Below, piece after piece: positions 54,242-63,013 of a stretch of DNA of 64,000 nt. The notes below the pieces were generated by a model. The model was not told where the DNA came from, ran no database searches, and worked only from the letters and a program-made list of their open reading frames with translations. Origin of the DNA: Polyangiaceae bacterium. GTDB taxonomy: Bacteria > Myxococcota_A > Polyangia > Polyangiales > Polyangiaceae. Position numbers and translations under genes: made by a program. Numbering within the stretch: the stretch's first letter is position 1; each line of letters opens with the position of its first letter. Location of the stretch: the NCBI GenBank assembly GCA_044376115.1, contig JBILLK010000006.1, forward strand, positions 32,001 to 96,000. Direction: 5' to 3'.

Positions 54242-54297
54242 TCGGCACTCCGCGAACTGGGCCAAGCAACGCTATCTCGCTACGCTTGGCCCGGCGC

Positions 54298-55767
54298 ATG
54301 ACTCGTGTAGTGCTGAAGAACGCGGCTGAACGCTCTGGGATCGCGGGTCCGCGTTTGCGCGTATGGCGTCTTGTCATCGCGCTCGCAATCGGTGCGTGTG
54401 GCGGTGAGGCTCCGCAGGTTGTAGTCGCACCCGCTCCACCTCCACAGCCCACCGTTTCCGCCCGCGCGGAAGCTCCGCCGGAGCCGCCAAAGCCCGTTTG
54501 TGAGGCTCTCCCAGTCGAAGTCCCTCCGCTCGACAACTCGGTGATCGCGGCCGACGAGGTGCCCTTGATCGACCCCACCGGCAAAGGGCTTTCGCACTTC
54601 TACGAACGGCTCGCTCGTGTCGCGCGCGGCAAGGCGAAGGATCATGTGCGCATCGCTGTCTACGGCGACTCGAACATGACCATGGACTTCATCGCGGGGC
54701 CGCTGCGCCGATTGCTGCAAGGCTCGTATGGCGACGGCGGTCACGGCTTCATTGCGCTGGCCAGGCCTTGGAGCCACTACCGCCACATCGACGTCATCCA
54801 AGAGATCGGCGCCGCCTTCGAGTCCTTTGCGATCACGACAAAACCGACTGGGGATGGCGCCTACGGCATTGCCGGGATCGTCTCGGAGAGTCCGTCTCCG
54901 GGCTCGAAGGTGCGCATCAAGACCGCGAATGAAACGTCCCCGGTTGGTAAGACCGCCAGCCGCTTCGACGTGTTCTACCTCAAGGGTCCGCGACGTGGCG
55001 CCTTCGAGCTGATGGTGGACGGAGTCTCCCACGCCAAGCTCGAAAGTGAGGCGGCCCAGCGAGCGTCCGCGGCCTTCCGCATCGAGGTCCCCGATGCACC
55101 GCATGCCTTCGACTCGGTCGTCCGTTCGCCTCACTACGTCCGCTTTCTCGGCAGCGCCGTCGAGCGCACGACGCCCGGCGTGGTCGTCGACAATCTCGGC
55201 GTCGGAGCGATGAACACGCGCTGCATCGTGTTGATGGATCCGGTGATCGCTGCGCCGATTCTCGAGCACCGCCGCCACGATCTGGTGATTTTGATGACCG
55301 GTACGGCGGACATCTACCAGACCGATGAGGCCGTGGGATTCGTCAAAGAGGTCGTTGCGCGGCATCGCGCTGCGAACCCGGACGTCTCCTTCTTGCTCGT
55401 GGCGCCGCCCGATCGTGGGGTTTCGCATGCGACCCGCCCGCTGCTCAAAATAGGTGAACAGCGCAAAGCTTTGGCCTCAGAGATCAGCGTGGGGTTTTGG
55501 GACCTCCTTCACGCCATGGGTGGGCCTACCTCGATGATGAAGTTCATTCGTCGCAGTCAAGCCTTGCCCGACCAGATTCACTTCTCCGAGCCCGGTGGGG
55601 CTTGGGTTGGACGCAGGTTGCACCAGGCGTTGATGCGAGGGTTCGAGAGTTACTTGAAGAGCCATCCCGAGGCGGGCTGTGAGGGGGAAGCTGCCGAACC
55701 CGCTCCCCAACCGCTTGGGTTGTACCTTGGGCGGGCGGCCTCTGTGCAGCCAGCCAGGGCCCCGTGA
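54298..55767 (+). CDS. SGNH/GDSL-family lipoprotein (envelope O-acetyl esterase/transferase-like)
   Basis: Lipobox IGAC; block I IAVYGDS; GDGGHGF; block II DNLGVGA; block V DQIHF. Confidence 0.8.
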   Translation: MTRVVLKNAAERSGIAGPRLRVWRLVIALAIGACGGEAPQVVVAPAPPPQPTVSARAEAPPEPPKPVCEALPVEVPPLDNSVIAADEVPLIDPTGKGLSHFYERLARVARGKAKDHVRIAVYGDSNMTMDFIAGPLRRLLQGSYGDGGHGFIALARPWSHYRHIDVIQEIGAAFESFAITTKPTGDGAYGIAGIVSESPSPGSKVRIKTANETSPVGKTASRFDVFYLKGPRRGAFELMVDGVSHAKLESEAAQRASAAFRIEVPDAPHAFDSVVRSPHYVRFLGSAVERTTPGVVVDNLGVGAMNTRCIVLMDPVIAAPILEHRRHDLVILMTGTADIYQTDEAVGFVKEVVARHRAANPDVSFLLVAPPDRGVSHATRPLLKIGEQRKALASEISVGFWDLLHAMGGPTSMMKFIRRSQALPDQIHFSEPGGAWVGRRLHQALMRGFESYLKSHPEAGCEGEAAEPAPQPLGLYLGRAASVQPARAP

Positions 55768-56834
55768 CGCCGCGGGAAACGCGCAGCCTGTTGGTAGCAG
55801 CGCCGCGACGCATATCGTTGCTTGCTACCGTCAGCCCGCTGAACTTCGAGAGTGAGGTGGCTCGGCTGTCGAGCGCGCAAGCTGGCGTACGCCGCCGTCT
55901 CGAGTTTCGTTATGGCGCAGCGGCGCCCGACCTGTCCGAATTGCGAGCCGAGCTCGAGCAGGCGGCAATACAGCTCGAACGTTCGAATGAATGGGCGCTC
56001 GCTGAGCGGGCTACCGAGTTGTTGCTCGAGGCACAGCTGGCTGAAGCCCGAGATAGTGCTGTTTTTACGCACTTGGCGTGCAAGCGTTACCAGCACAGTC
56101 CCGACCCGCTGGTCTCTCGGGAGTCGCTGCTCGGCGAGAGCGACGCTCTGGCCCGTGCTTGGTGTGAACAGTCTCCGCCGCTGACTCACGGCCTGACCGA
56201 GTCAGCCACGGTGATCTCGGATGATGAGGCCGACTCGCGCTCGCTCGTCTCGCGCATGCGCCACGCGATTGGCGAAGCTCGTTTGGCCGTGCGGGTCGTG
56301 TGCAGTCGTCAGTTGGTGCCGCTGGCGGCGGTGGGGGATGGCTTCGTACAGGTTGCGGCCGGACGCAGAATCTCGACGGTGGACGTCGAGCGCACGGTCA
56401 GACACGAACTCGACGGGCATGTACGACCGATGCAGCGCGCTCAACGAAGTGCCTTCGTGCTCGGGGTGATCGGCACCGCGCGCGGCTCCGATACCCAAGA
56501 AGGCTTCGCGCTCCTGCTCGAGCGTAGGAGCGGCTTTCTGGGGGGAGCACGCGCGCTCGAGCTCGCGCTCCGACATCGGGCTGGGCGTTTGGCTCACTCG
56601 GGGGTGCCGTTCGAGCAGGCTCTCGAGCAGCTGGATGACGGCGCGCACCCCACCGAGGTCGTGGTCCGGGCGGTCGCCCGCGCCTTTCGCGGGGGCGGCT
56701 TGGGCCGCGAAGTTGCGTACGTCCCGGCGCTGCTCGAGGTTGAGCGGGCCTTCGCCGAGGATCCAACGATTGAAGAGCGCCTCGCCAGCGGCCGCCTCTC
56801 GCTGTCAGCCGCTCGCGCGCTGCGCGCCGAATGA
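55764..56834 (+). CDS. DUF1704 / MATCAP-like metallocarboxypeptidase (QEGLA-motif family)
   Basis: HExxxH (VRHELDGHV) and TQEGFA; GGGLGREVAY; GTGA overlap with the upstream gene. Confidence 0.8.
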   Translation: MTPRETRSLLVAAPRRISLLATVSPLNFESEVARLSSAQAGVRRRLEFRYGAAAPDLSELRAELEQAAIQLERSNEWALAERATELLLEAQLAEARDSAVFTHLACKRYQHSPDPLVSRESLLGESDALARAWCEQSPPLTHGLTESATVISDDEADSRSLVSRMRHAIGEARLAVRVVCSRQLVPLAAVGDGFVQVAAGRRISTVDVERTVRHELDGHVRPMQRAQRSAFVLGVIGTARGSDTQEGFALLLERRSGFLGGARALELALRHRAGRLAHSGVPFEQALEQLDDGAHPTEVVVRAVARAFRGGGLGREVAYVPALLEVERAFAEDPTIEERLASGRLSLSAARALRAE

Positions 56835-56843
56835 CCGAGGGAC

Positions 56844-57016
56844 ATTCAACCGAAGGTTGATGCAGCATCCAGAACCGGAGTGGACAGAGTCCACGAAGTG
56901 GACGGAGTCCAGGGAGGTCTACGGAGTGCCGAAGGCACGAAGTGAATGACTCGTGCCCTCTTCGACAGAAGCGGCCGAAGGCCCCGATTGGTCCATCGAC
57001 TTGGCACGAGTCATTC
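56844..57016. repeat. Structured intergenic repeat, copy 2 (REP/MITE-like) with extra hairpins
   Basis: TCAACC-GAA-GGTTGA + TGCAGCA; GTGGAC-AGA-GTCCAC; TGGAC-GGA-GTCCA; GTGCC-GAA-GGCAC; 14-bp perfect inverted repeat GAATGACTCGTGCC (56944-56957) / GGCACGAGTCATTC (57003-57016). Confidence 0.8.
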
Positions 57017-57054
57017 TAGTATTCAAGCTGGCCGCGGCGCGCGATGATGCGCCC

Positions 57055-57639
57055 ATGTCCAAGGTCATGTTGCGGCTTCGTGATCTCGATACCGGAGAGC
57101 CGAAGACCCATGAGTGTGAGTCGGTAGAGGCTGCGTGTGGTTGGCTCGCGGAGCGACCGGAGGGAGTTGAGATCCTCGGCGTCGTGTTCGAAGGGCTAAC
57201 GCGCGAGGAGAATGACCGCATGAAGCAAGCCATGCGGCCGTTCTCGGCAGAGGAGGCGCTCAAGGTAAAGGCGCTCGATGACAAAGAGGCCGCGATCAAG
57301 GCCGAGCGAGCGGAAGCTCGTCGTCGCGAGATGGAAGCCGACGCGGCTCGGTTGCGCGGCGAGGCGAAGGAAGCCTCACCCGACCGCCCGATGGAGGTGC
57401 GCTATCGCTTCGACATGCCGGACCTGCAAAAGACCGATCCGCTCGACCAACGTGAAATCACCGAAGAGGTGAAGACCGCCGTTGCCGAGTGGGTGACCGA
57501 GCGAACCGAGTGGGTCGCAAGCCGCGGCCAGATGATCGGCGAGGCCAAGGTCACGCTCTATCCCGGCGCGGTCCCGAAGGGGAAGGAGCGTGTCGTGCAA
57601 GGCACCTTCGTTCCGGTCACGGCACCCAGCAAGACCTGA
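57055..57639 (+). CDS. Hypothetical cytoplasmic protein with a central coiled coil
   Basis: Start at ATG 57055; the longer ORF from 56953 reads through the repeat element. Confidence 0.75.
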   Translation: MSKVMLRLRDLDTGEPKTHECESVEAACGWLAERPEGVEILGVVFEGLTREENDRMKQAMRPFSAEEALKVKALDDKEAAIKAERAEARRREMEADAARLRGEAKEASPDRPMEVRYRFDMPDLQKTDPLDQREITEEVKTAVAEWVTERTEWVASRGQMIGEAKVTLYPGAVPKGKERVVQGTFVPVTAPSKT

Positions 57640-57667
57640 CGTGCGCGCGGCAACGTTCTCGCTCGGG

Positions 57668-58033
57668 TCAAGCGACGCGAGCGAGAACGATCAGCCCAGT
57701 TGCGATCACCGTGCATGCGAACACCGCGCGGTTGATGAAGGTCCCGCGCGCACGAATGTTCTCCGCAATCTCCGCGTTGGCGATATTCTCGTGCCCGTCA
57801 CCCAAGTCGCGCAAACCTTGCGCGGCCATGAACACTCAGGTTTTGAACAGGGCCTGAAAAGAAAGGTGAAACGTCAGGAAGAAAGGCACGGCCAAGGCGA
57901 GGAACCACAGCGGGCGCACCTCGAATGTGGCCATTAGCGCTGTCGCAGTAAGCGAAAGGCCGAACATCCAGACGCTGCGTCGCAGACGAAGCAAGACGCC
58001 GGGATCCGAGAGGTTGGCGACGGGCTCGCGCAT
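57668..58033 (-). CDS. Small membrane protein with an in-frame TGA: candidate selenoprotein (121 aa if read through)
   Basis: ...PFFLTFHLSFQALFKT-TGA(57836-57838)-VFMAAQGLRDLGDGHENIANAEIAENIRARGTFINRAVFACTVIATGLIVLARVA-stop; SECIS-like hairpin downstream of the TGA. Confidence 0.72.
57797..57835 (-). promoter_or_regulatory. Candidate bacterial SECIS element
   Basis: UGA-GUGUUCAUGGC-CGCGCAA-GGU-UUGCGCG-ACUUGGGUGAC: perfect 7-bp stem (57808-57824) starting 11 nt after the UGA, with a G-initiated apical loop. Confidence 0.65.
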
Positions 58034-58163
58034 CCCACCGTTGTAACGCTCCGTTCGACGGGGCGCACAAGAATCTCGCCTCGTTCACACTTCGCAAAGA
58101 TTGAGGCAGCAGCCCAGTCATTCGCTCGATGGCTAGCGGTAGCGGCCTGGACTAGGATGCAGC

Positions 58164-60893
58164 GTGGCCTTGGGGTTGATCGATATCCGCGCGGGGGAGA
58201 AGCGCGGTCTCGTGTTGATGAGCGGTATCTTGGCGCTGATCACGGCAAGCCATACCTTGCTCGAAACAGCGCGGGACACGCTCTTCTTGACCAAGATGCC
58301 GCCGGAGCGATTGGCGCTCGTGTACGTGGTGCTGGCGCTGTTGGCCGTGATCGCCAGCAACTTGTCGGGGCTCGGCTCCAAGCGCTTTGGTCGTCGCGCA
58401 GGTCTGGTGACCTCGCTGTGCATCGTGGCTTTCTCGATGGTGCTGCTCAGCCTGCGCGAAGCCACGCCGACGATGGTGTTCGTCCTGTACTTGGCGAGCG
58501 GCGTGGCCGGCACGGTGATCACGTTGCAGTTTTGGCTGCTCGTCGGTCAATTTTTCACCGTCGCACAAGGCAAGCGGTTGTTCGGGCCGATGGCTGCCGG
58601 AGGCGTGCTTGGTGCAACGTTGGGCGCTGCGCTAGCGGCCTTGCTGCTCCGTTACATCCCCGCTGAGTCGCTGATCGTGGTCGGCGGCGGCTTGTTTCTG
58701 ACCGCCGCAGCGGTGGTCACGTTCATTCCGCAGACCGAAGGTATCGACGACGTCGACCTTTCGCCGACGCGGTTTTTCGCTTGGCTGCACGACTTTCGGC
58801 TGCTGCGCTCGCATCGCTATGTCGCGCTGATCGCAGCACTCTCCTTCGTCTCGGTCTCAGCTGTGCTGTTGGCCGACTACCTGTTCAAGTCCTCCGCCGC
58901 GACTACGCTTGGTCCGGCGCGGCTCGGTACCTTTTTGGGCACCTACTACGCAGTGCAAAACGCCGTCTCGTTGGTGGTGCAAGTGCTGCTCACGGGGGCC
59001 ATCGTTCGCAAGCTCGGTGTGACCACGGCGCTGATCGTATTTCCGGTCTTGTTGGCGTTGGGCGGGCTCGGGGCCTTCGTCACCGGCGCCTTCGCCATGA
59101 CGGTGGTAGTGAAGGGGACCGACGGAGCGCTGCGGCATTCGCTTCATCGCGTCACGTCCGAGCTATTGCTGCTGCCGCTCGCGAGCGACGTGCGCGACCG
59201 CTCCAAGCGCCTCTTGGAGACGGTCTTCGGTCGGGGCTCACAAGCGTTTGCCGCTCTCTCGATCGTTGCCTTGGCCTGGGCTGGGCTCGCGACGGTCAAA
59301 GTGTTGGCGCTGCTGGTTAGCCTGCTGGCCCTCGCCTGGTTGGCGATCGCGCTCTGGCTGCGCGTGCCCTATCTCGATCTCTTTCGGCGCGCGCTGGCCA
59401 GGGGTGAGCTGGGCAGCGAAGATCAGGAGCTCGACTTGGCTGCGGTGGGGGCGCTGCTCGAGTCCCTTGCCAGCGTCGAGGAAGCCAACGTGCTTGCCGC
59501 CATCGATCTGATTGAGCGTTCCGGTCGCCGGAATCTGCTACCAGCGCTGATCCTCTATCACGAGTCGCCGCGCGTGCTCGAGCGCGCGCTCACCGTCTTT
59601 GCGCAGGAACCGCGGCGCGATTTCATGCCGTTGGCGGAGCGTCTGCTCGGTGTTTCTGATGCAAGGGTCCGCGCGAGCGCTGTGCGCGCCCTCGCTCGTG
59701 CAGGTGGGCGGGCAGCCGCTGAGTCGGCGCTCGCTGACGCCGACCCGCGCGTAAGCTCGGCGTCGGCGTTTTTCCTCGCCGACGCCGAGTCGGCTCCGCA
59801 TGAGGCTGCACCCGTGCAACGCATCCTGTCGTCGTCGGACGACGATACGCCCGCGAAAGCGGCGTTGGTGCAGGTCATCGCCGAATACGGCGACTCGCAT
59901 TGGCAGCCCACCGTGCACGTCCTGGCTGCTCAGCCCAAGGTCGTCAAGCAGGCTGGGAGCGCGATGCCTCACGCGATCCGGCGCACCGGCGCGACCGAGT
60001 TCGCCAAGCTGCTGGTGCAGCTCTTGGAGGTTCGCGAGGTGCGCGCCTCCGCGCGCGAAGCGCTGGTCTCGTTCGGATCCGATGGCGAGGCCGTGCTAGC
60101 GGCTGCCCTACGCGATCGGTCGCAACCGATCACCCTTCGCCGCGAGGCGCCACTCGCGCTGGCGTCCTTTGGCACGCAGTCCGTGGTGGATCTCCTGGTG
60201 CAACATCTCGAGGAGGAGGACGCCTTGCTCTCCCACAGGGTCTTGCGCGCGCTCGGCCGATTGTCGGCTGATTCCAAGGCCGTCGGCGTGCGGCTGCGGA
60301 TCGACCGGGCGATGTGTGAACGCATGTTGGAGCGTCACTTGACCGACTACCTGTCCTTGCTCGACACCCGACTCAGCATCAAGAGCGCTCGCGGAATGAC
60401 CATCGAAGACGAGGTCTCACTCTCGCTGTTGGAGGGCCTGCTATCGGACCGCTCGGCGAACCACATGGAGCGCGCCTTCCGCTTTCTGCAGCTGGCCAAC
60501 CGAAATGAAGATATTCGCCCTGTGTTTGAGGCCGTGGTGCGCGGCGACAAGCGCGCGCGCGCGACAGCCATGGAATTTCTCGACGCACTCACGCTCGGCG
60601 AGGCGAAGATCCGCGATCTGTTGCGAGTGATCGCTGACGATCTCGAGCCGGAAGAGCGGGTTCGCCGCGGTCGTTCGGTGCGGCAGCTGCCTGCTGAATT
60701 GCCTTCCGCAGAGGCGACTCTCGCGACCTTGATCAGCGACGGAGAACCGCTGCTGGCGGCGCTCGCGCTCGCTTGCGCACGCTCGACGCGCGAAGGCCTC
60801 TTGGCCGAGCTCGTCACGCAAACGCGCGTGGACCGACCAGAGGTCATCGCGCTCGCGACAGACGTGTGGACGAACGAGGTGGCCCGTGCATGA
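58164..60893 (+). CDS. Npt1/Npt2-like (NTT/TLC) MFS transporter fused to HEAT repeats
   Basis: ETARDTLFL, QFWLL..QGKRLFG..GGVLG, LADYLFK, ALRHSLHR..ELLLLP; about 12 TMs; HEAT repeats (DARVRASAVRALA, DPRVSSASA). Confidence 0.85.
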   Translation: MALGLIDIRAGEKRGLVLMSGILALITASHTLLETARDTLFLTKMPPERLALVYVVLALLAVIASNLSGLGSKRFGRRAGLVTSLCIVAFSMVLLSLREATPTMVFVLYLASGVAGTVITLQFWLLVGQFFTVAQGKRLFGPMAAGGVLGATLGAALAALLLRYIPAESLIVVGGGLFLTAAAVVTFIPQTEGIDDVDLSPTRFFAWLHDFRLLRSHRYVALIAALSFVSVSAVLLADYLFKSSAATTLGPARLGTFLGTYYAVQNAVSLVVQVLLTGAIVRKLGVTTALIVFPVLLALGGLGAFVTGAFAMTVVVKGTDGALRHSLHRVTSELLLLPLASDVRDRSKRLLETVFGRGSQAFAALSIVALAWAGLATVKVLALLVSLLALAWLAIALWLRVPYLDLFRRALARGELGSEDQELDLAAVGALLESLASVEEANVLAAIDLIERSGRRNLLPALILYHESPRVLERALTVFAQEPRRDFMPLAERLLGVSDARVRASAVRALARAGGRAAAESALADADPRVSSASAFFLADAESAPHEAAPVQRILSSSDDDTPAKAALVQVIAEYGDSHWQPTVHVLAAQPKVVKQAGSAMPHAIRRTGATEFAKLLVQLLEVREVRASAREALVSFGSDGEAVLAAALRDRSQPITLRREAPLALASFGTQSVVDLLVQHLEEEDALLSHRVLRALGRLSADSKAVGVRLRIDRAMCERMLERHLTDYLSLLDTRLSIKSARGMTIEDEVSLSLLEGLLSDRSANHMERAFRFLQLANRNEDIRPVFEAVVRGDKRARATAMEFLDALTLGEAKIRDLLRVIADDLEPEERVRRGRSVRQLPAELPSAEATLATLISDGEPLLAALALACARSTREGLLAELVTQTRVDRPEVIALATDVWTNEVARA

Positions 60894-61938
60894 TGAGACA
60901 GGTCAGCGCGCGAGCGAGAAGAAGGCGCAAATCGAGCGCGAGCTTTTTCTCAACGCCTTCTCGCCCTCACCGCCTTCTCCGGAGCTCTCTCGGCGCCTTG
61001 CAAACGTCCTACGAGACGTTTACGCAAAGGCCGGGGACATCATCTTCGAGCGCGGCGAGCAGCCGAAGACCGCTCATTTCATCGTCTCGGGTGAACTTGC
61101 CATGTTTGGCGAGGACGACGAAGAGCCAATCGTTTTCGGTCCTGGCTCGATCGTTGGGATGCTCGACCTAAACATTGGTAGGCGGCGGGCGCGCACCGCC
61201 CGGGTGACCAGTGACTGCCATTTGCTCGAGCTTCCGTACGCTCAGTGGCTGGAGCTGACCGAGGACCACCCGGAGTACACCACCAGTACGCGTCGGCGCG
61301 TGAGTGAGGGCCTGCACGAGTTGATGTTGAACTTCACCACCCAACAAATATTGGTGTTTGAGCGGAGCGCCCGCGCGCCGTTTCTCGATGCCGCGATGAT
61401 CTATCGCATTGCCGCGCTTCGATCGCCCGTCGTGTTCGAGCAAGCACGGGTCGACACCTTGGTAGAACTCGCCAAAAGGGCGAGCTTGCTTCGCGTCGAA
61501 CGCGGTCAGCTGATTGCACCGCCCGGGTCGAACAGCGACAAGCTGTTCGTCGTGATGCAAGGCGCGCTGGAGGTTCAGCGAAGGGTCAGTCCGGAACTCA
61601 CGGGCACCTTCGGGCCCGGGCAGCTGGTGCTTGGCGGAGCCGCGCTCTCAGGAGCTCTGCGGAACTATGCGGTCACCGCGGCGACGTACTCGGTCGTTTT
61701 GGTGCTCGAGCATCGGGATCTCGACGACATCGCTGAGGAGAAGTTCGACTTGGTGCTTTCTTGTCTGCGTGGTCTCTCGATTGAAAGGGACGCCCTGCTG
61801 GGTCGCAGAGCGCGCCGTTCAGTGCTGCCACCATCGGCGCCCGCCCCGTCGCTGCCCGTCCCGCCGTCCCTTGCTGCCGCCCAACGTGAGTCGAGCGACG
61901 TCGAACTCAAGGGTCCTGAACCTGGACAAAGTGCGTGA
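60886..61938 (+). CDS. Protein with two cyclic-nucleotide-binding (CAP_ED-like) domains
   Basis: AGDIIFERGE..FIVSGEL..FGPGSIVGML..RARTA; second domain RGQLIAPPG..LFVVMQGAL..FGPGQLV; 8-bp overlap with the transporter gene. Confidence 0.85.
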   Translation: MHDETGQRASEKKAQIERELFLNAFSPSPPSPELSRRLANVLRDVYAKAGDIIFERGEQPKTAHFIVSGELAMFGEDDEEPIVFGPGSIVGMLDLNIGRRRARTARVTSDCHLLELPYAQWLELTEDHPEYTTSTRRRVSEGLHELMLNFTTQQILVFERSARAPFLDAAMIYRIAALRSPVVFEQARVDTLVELAKRASLLRVERGQLIAPPGSNSDKLFVVMQGALEVQRRVSPELTGTFGPGQLVLGGAALSGALRNYAVTAATYSVVLVLEHRDLDDIAEEKFDLVLSCLRGLSIERDALLGRRARRSVLPPSAPAPSLPVPPSLAAAQRESSDVELKGPEPGQSA

Positions 61939-63013
61939 TGGTGCGGCTGCCGCCACGGTTGTCGCGCACGACCGCCCAGATCGAATAGAGGCCCGGATCC
62001 TCGGGGGCCACCCATCGCGTCGACCGATCCGACACCAGGCCCGTCGAGGCGTCCGACACCAGCTTCAAATCGTTTTCAAACTGACCGGCTGTAGCGAAGT
62101 ACGAGACCCAGAGCACCTCGGACAGTTGGTTGCCATCGACGTCGGTTGCACCCGGATCTTCTTCGGCGGATTCTTCCGGTACGTCGACGTCGATCTCCAG
62201 GGCTCCACATTCGGTGAACTCATCCCGGGCCGCGCAGCCCGACTTCTGCCGCTCTTCGAGGGTGATGGGGCAGGTCTCGACCGATAGCACCTCATCGGAG
62301 GGCAACGTCACCCCGTCTACCTGCAGGCCGCGCACCTCCGGGTTGGCGTTTATCCGTCCGTCCTCGAAGACGAAGATTTGGGTGTAGCCCGGAACGAACG
62401 CCTCCGGGCCGAGCTGCACACCATTCGAATCGAAGCAGCCGAGGGGGAAGGAGGATGCGCTTGGGTCTTCCACGTCGATCGTCGGCCGAATCTCTCCATC
62501 GCAGGCGACGAAGAACAAGAACGCGGTGCCCACCTTCGAACCAAAGTTGGGTTCGGGAACGTCGTCCAGGATGTCTTCGGGAATGGCCAGATCAAACTGG
62601 GTGATCCCTGGGCCTCCCCCAACGGTACCGGGGGGTGGTGCTCCGCCTTCCGCAAGCGCTCCGAACACTTCGGCCAGCGACTCGTAGCAGCCGAAATACT
62701 GGCCGCCGGTCGGGTTGTAACAGCCACCTAACCAGAGGATGTTGACGGGGTTGGGGTTGGTATCCTCCCCGCGACCGTCGCCTAGGATCATGTTGAAGCG
62801 AACCGAGTCGCCGGGGAGGGCGTACGGTAAGTCAGCCTCAACCGAGATGATGCGCAGCGTGTTCACCGCGCTAGGCGGATCGAACGAAGTGGCGCAGGCT
62901 TGCGCGACCAACGTGCCTACTGCGGGCATCAGCATCAGCGACGCTAAAGCGAATCGCGGCAGAGAGCGGTTGCGTCGACCGCGACTCGTAAGGCGTGAAC
63001 TCGTTGCGGTCAT
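61907..63013 (-). CDS. Lipoprotein co-transcribed with the TonB-dependent receptor
   Basis: ATG 63013 overlaps the receptor stop; lipobox AQAC; FDPPS..TLRIISVEAD; WVSYFATAG; WAVVRDNRGG. Confidence 0.8.
   Translation of the reverse strand: MTATSSRLTSRGRRNRSLPRFALASLMLMPAVGTLVAQACATSFDPPSAVNTLRIISVEADLPYALPGDSVRFNMILGDGRGEDTNPNPVNILWLGGCYNPTGGQYFGCYESLAEVFGALAEGGAPPPGTVGGGPGITQFDLAIPEDILDDVPEPNFGSKVGTAFLFFVACDGEIRPTIDVEDPSASSFPLGCFDSNGVQLGPEAFVPGYTQIFVFEDGRINANPEVRGLQVDGVTLPSDEVLSVETCPITLEERQKSGCAARDEFTECGALEIDVDVPEESAEEDPGATDVDGNQLSEVLWVSYFATAGQFENDLKLVSDASTGLVSDRSTRWVAPEDPGLYSIWAVVRDNRGGSRTITHFVQVQDP

Noticed and set aside
56860..56949. Small ORF MQHPEPEWTESTKWTESREVYGVPKARSE with a WTES repeat (RiPP-precursor-like)
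   Set aside because: The peptide repeat is explained by the DNA hairpin duplication inside the repeat element; no RBS or modifying enzymes are evident.
58100..58125. Possible third degenerate copy of the repeat (GAGGCAGCA...AGTCATTC)
   Set aside because: Only two short matches with no hairpin or inverted repeat; could be chance.
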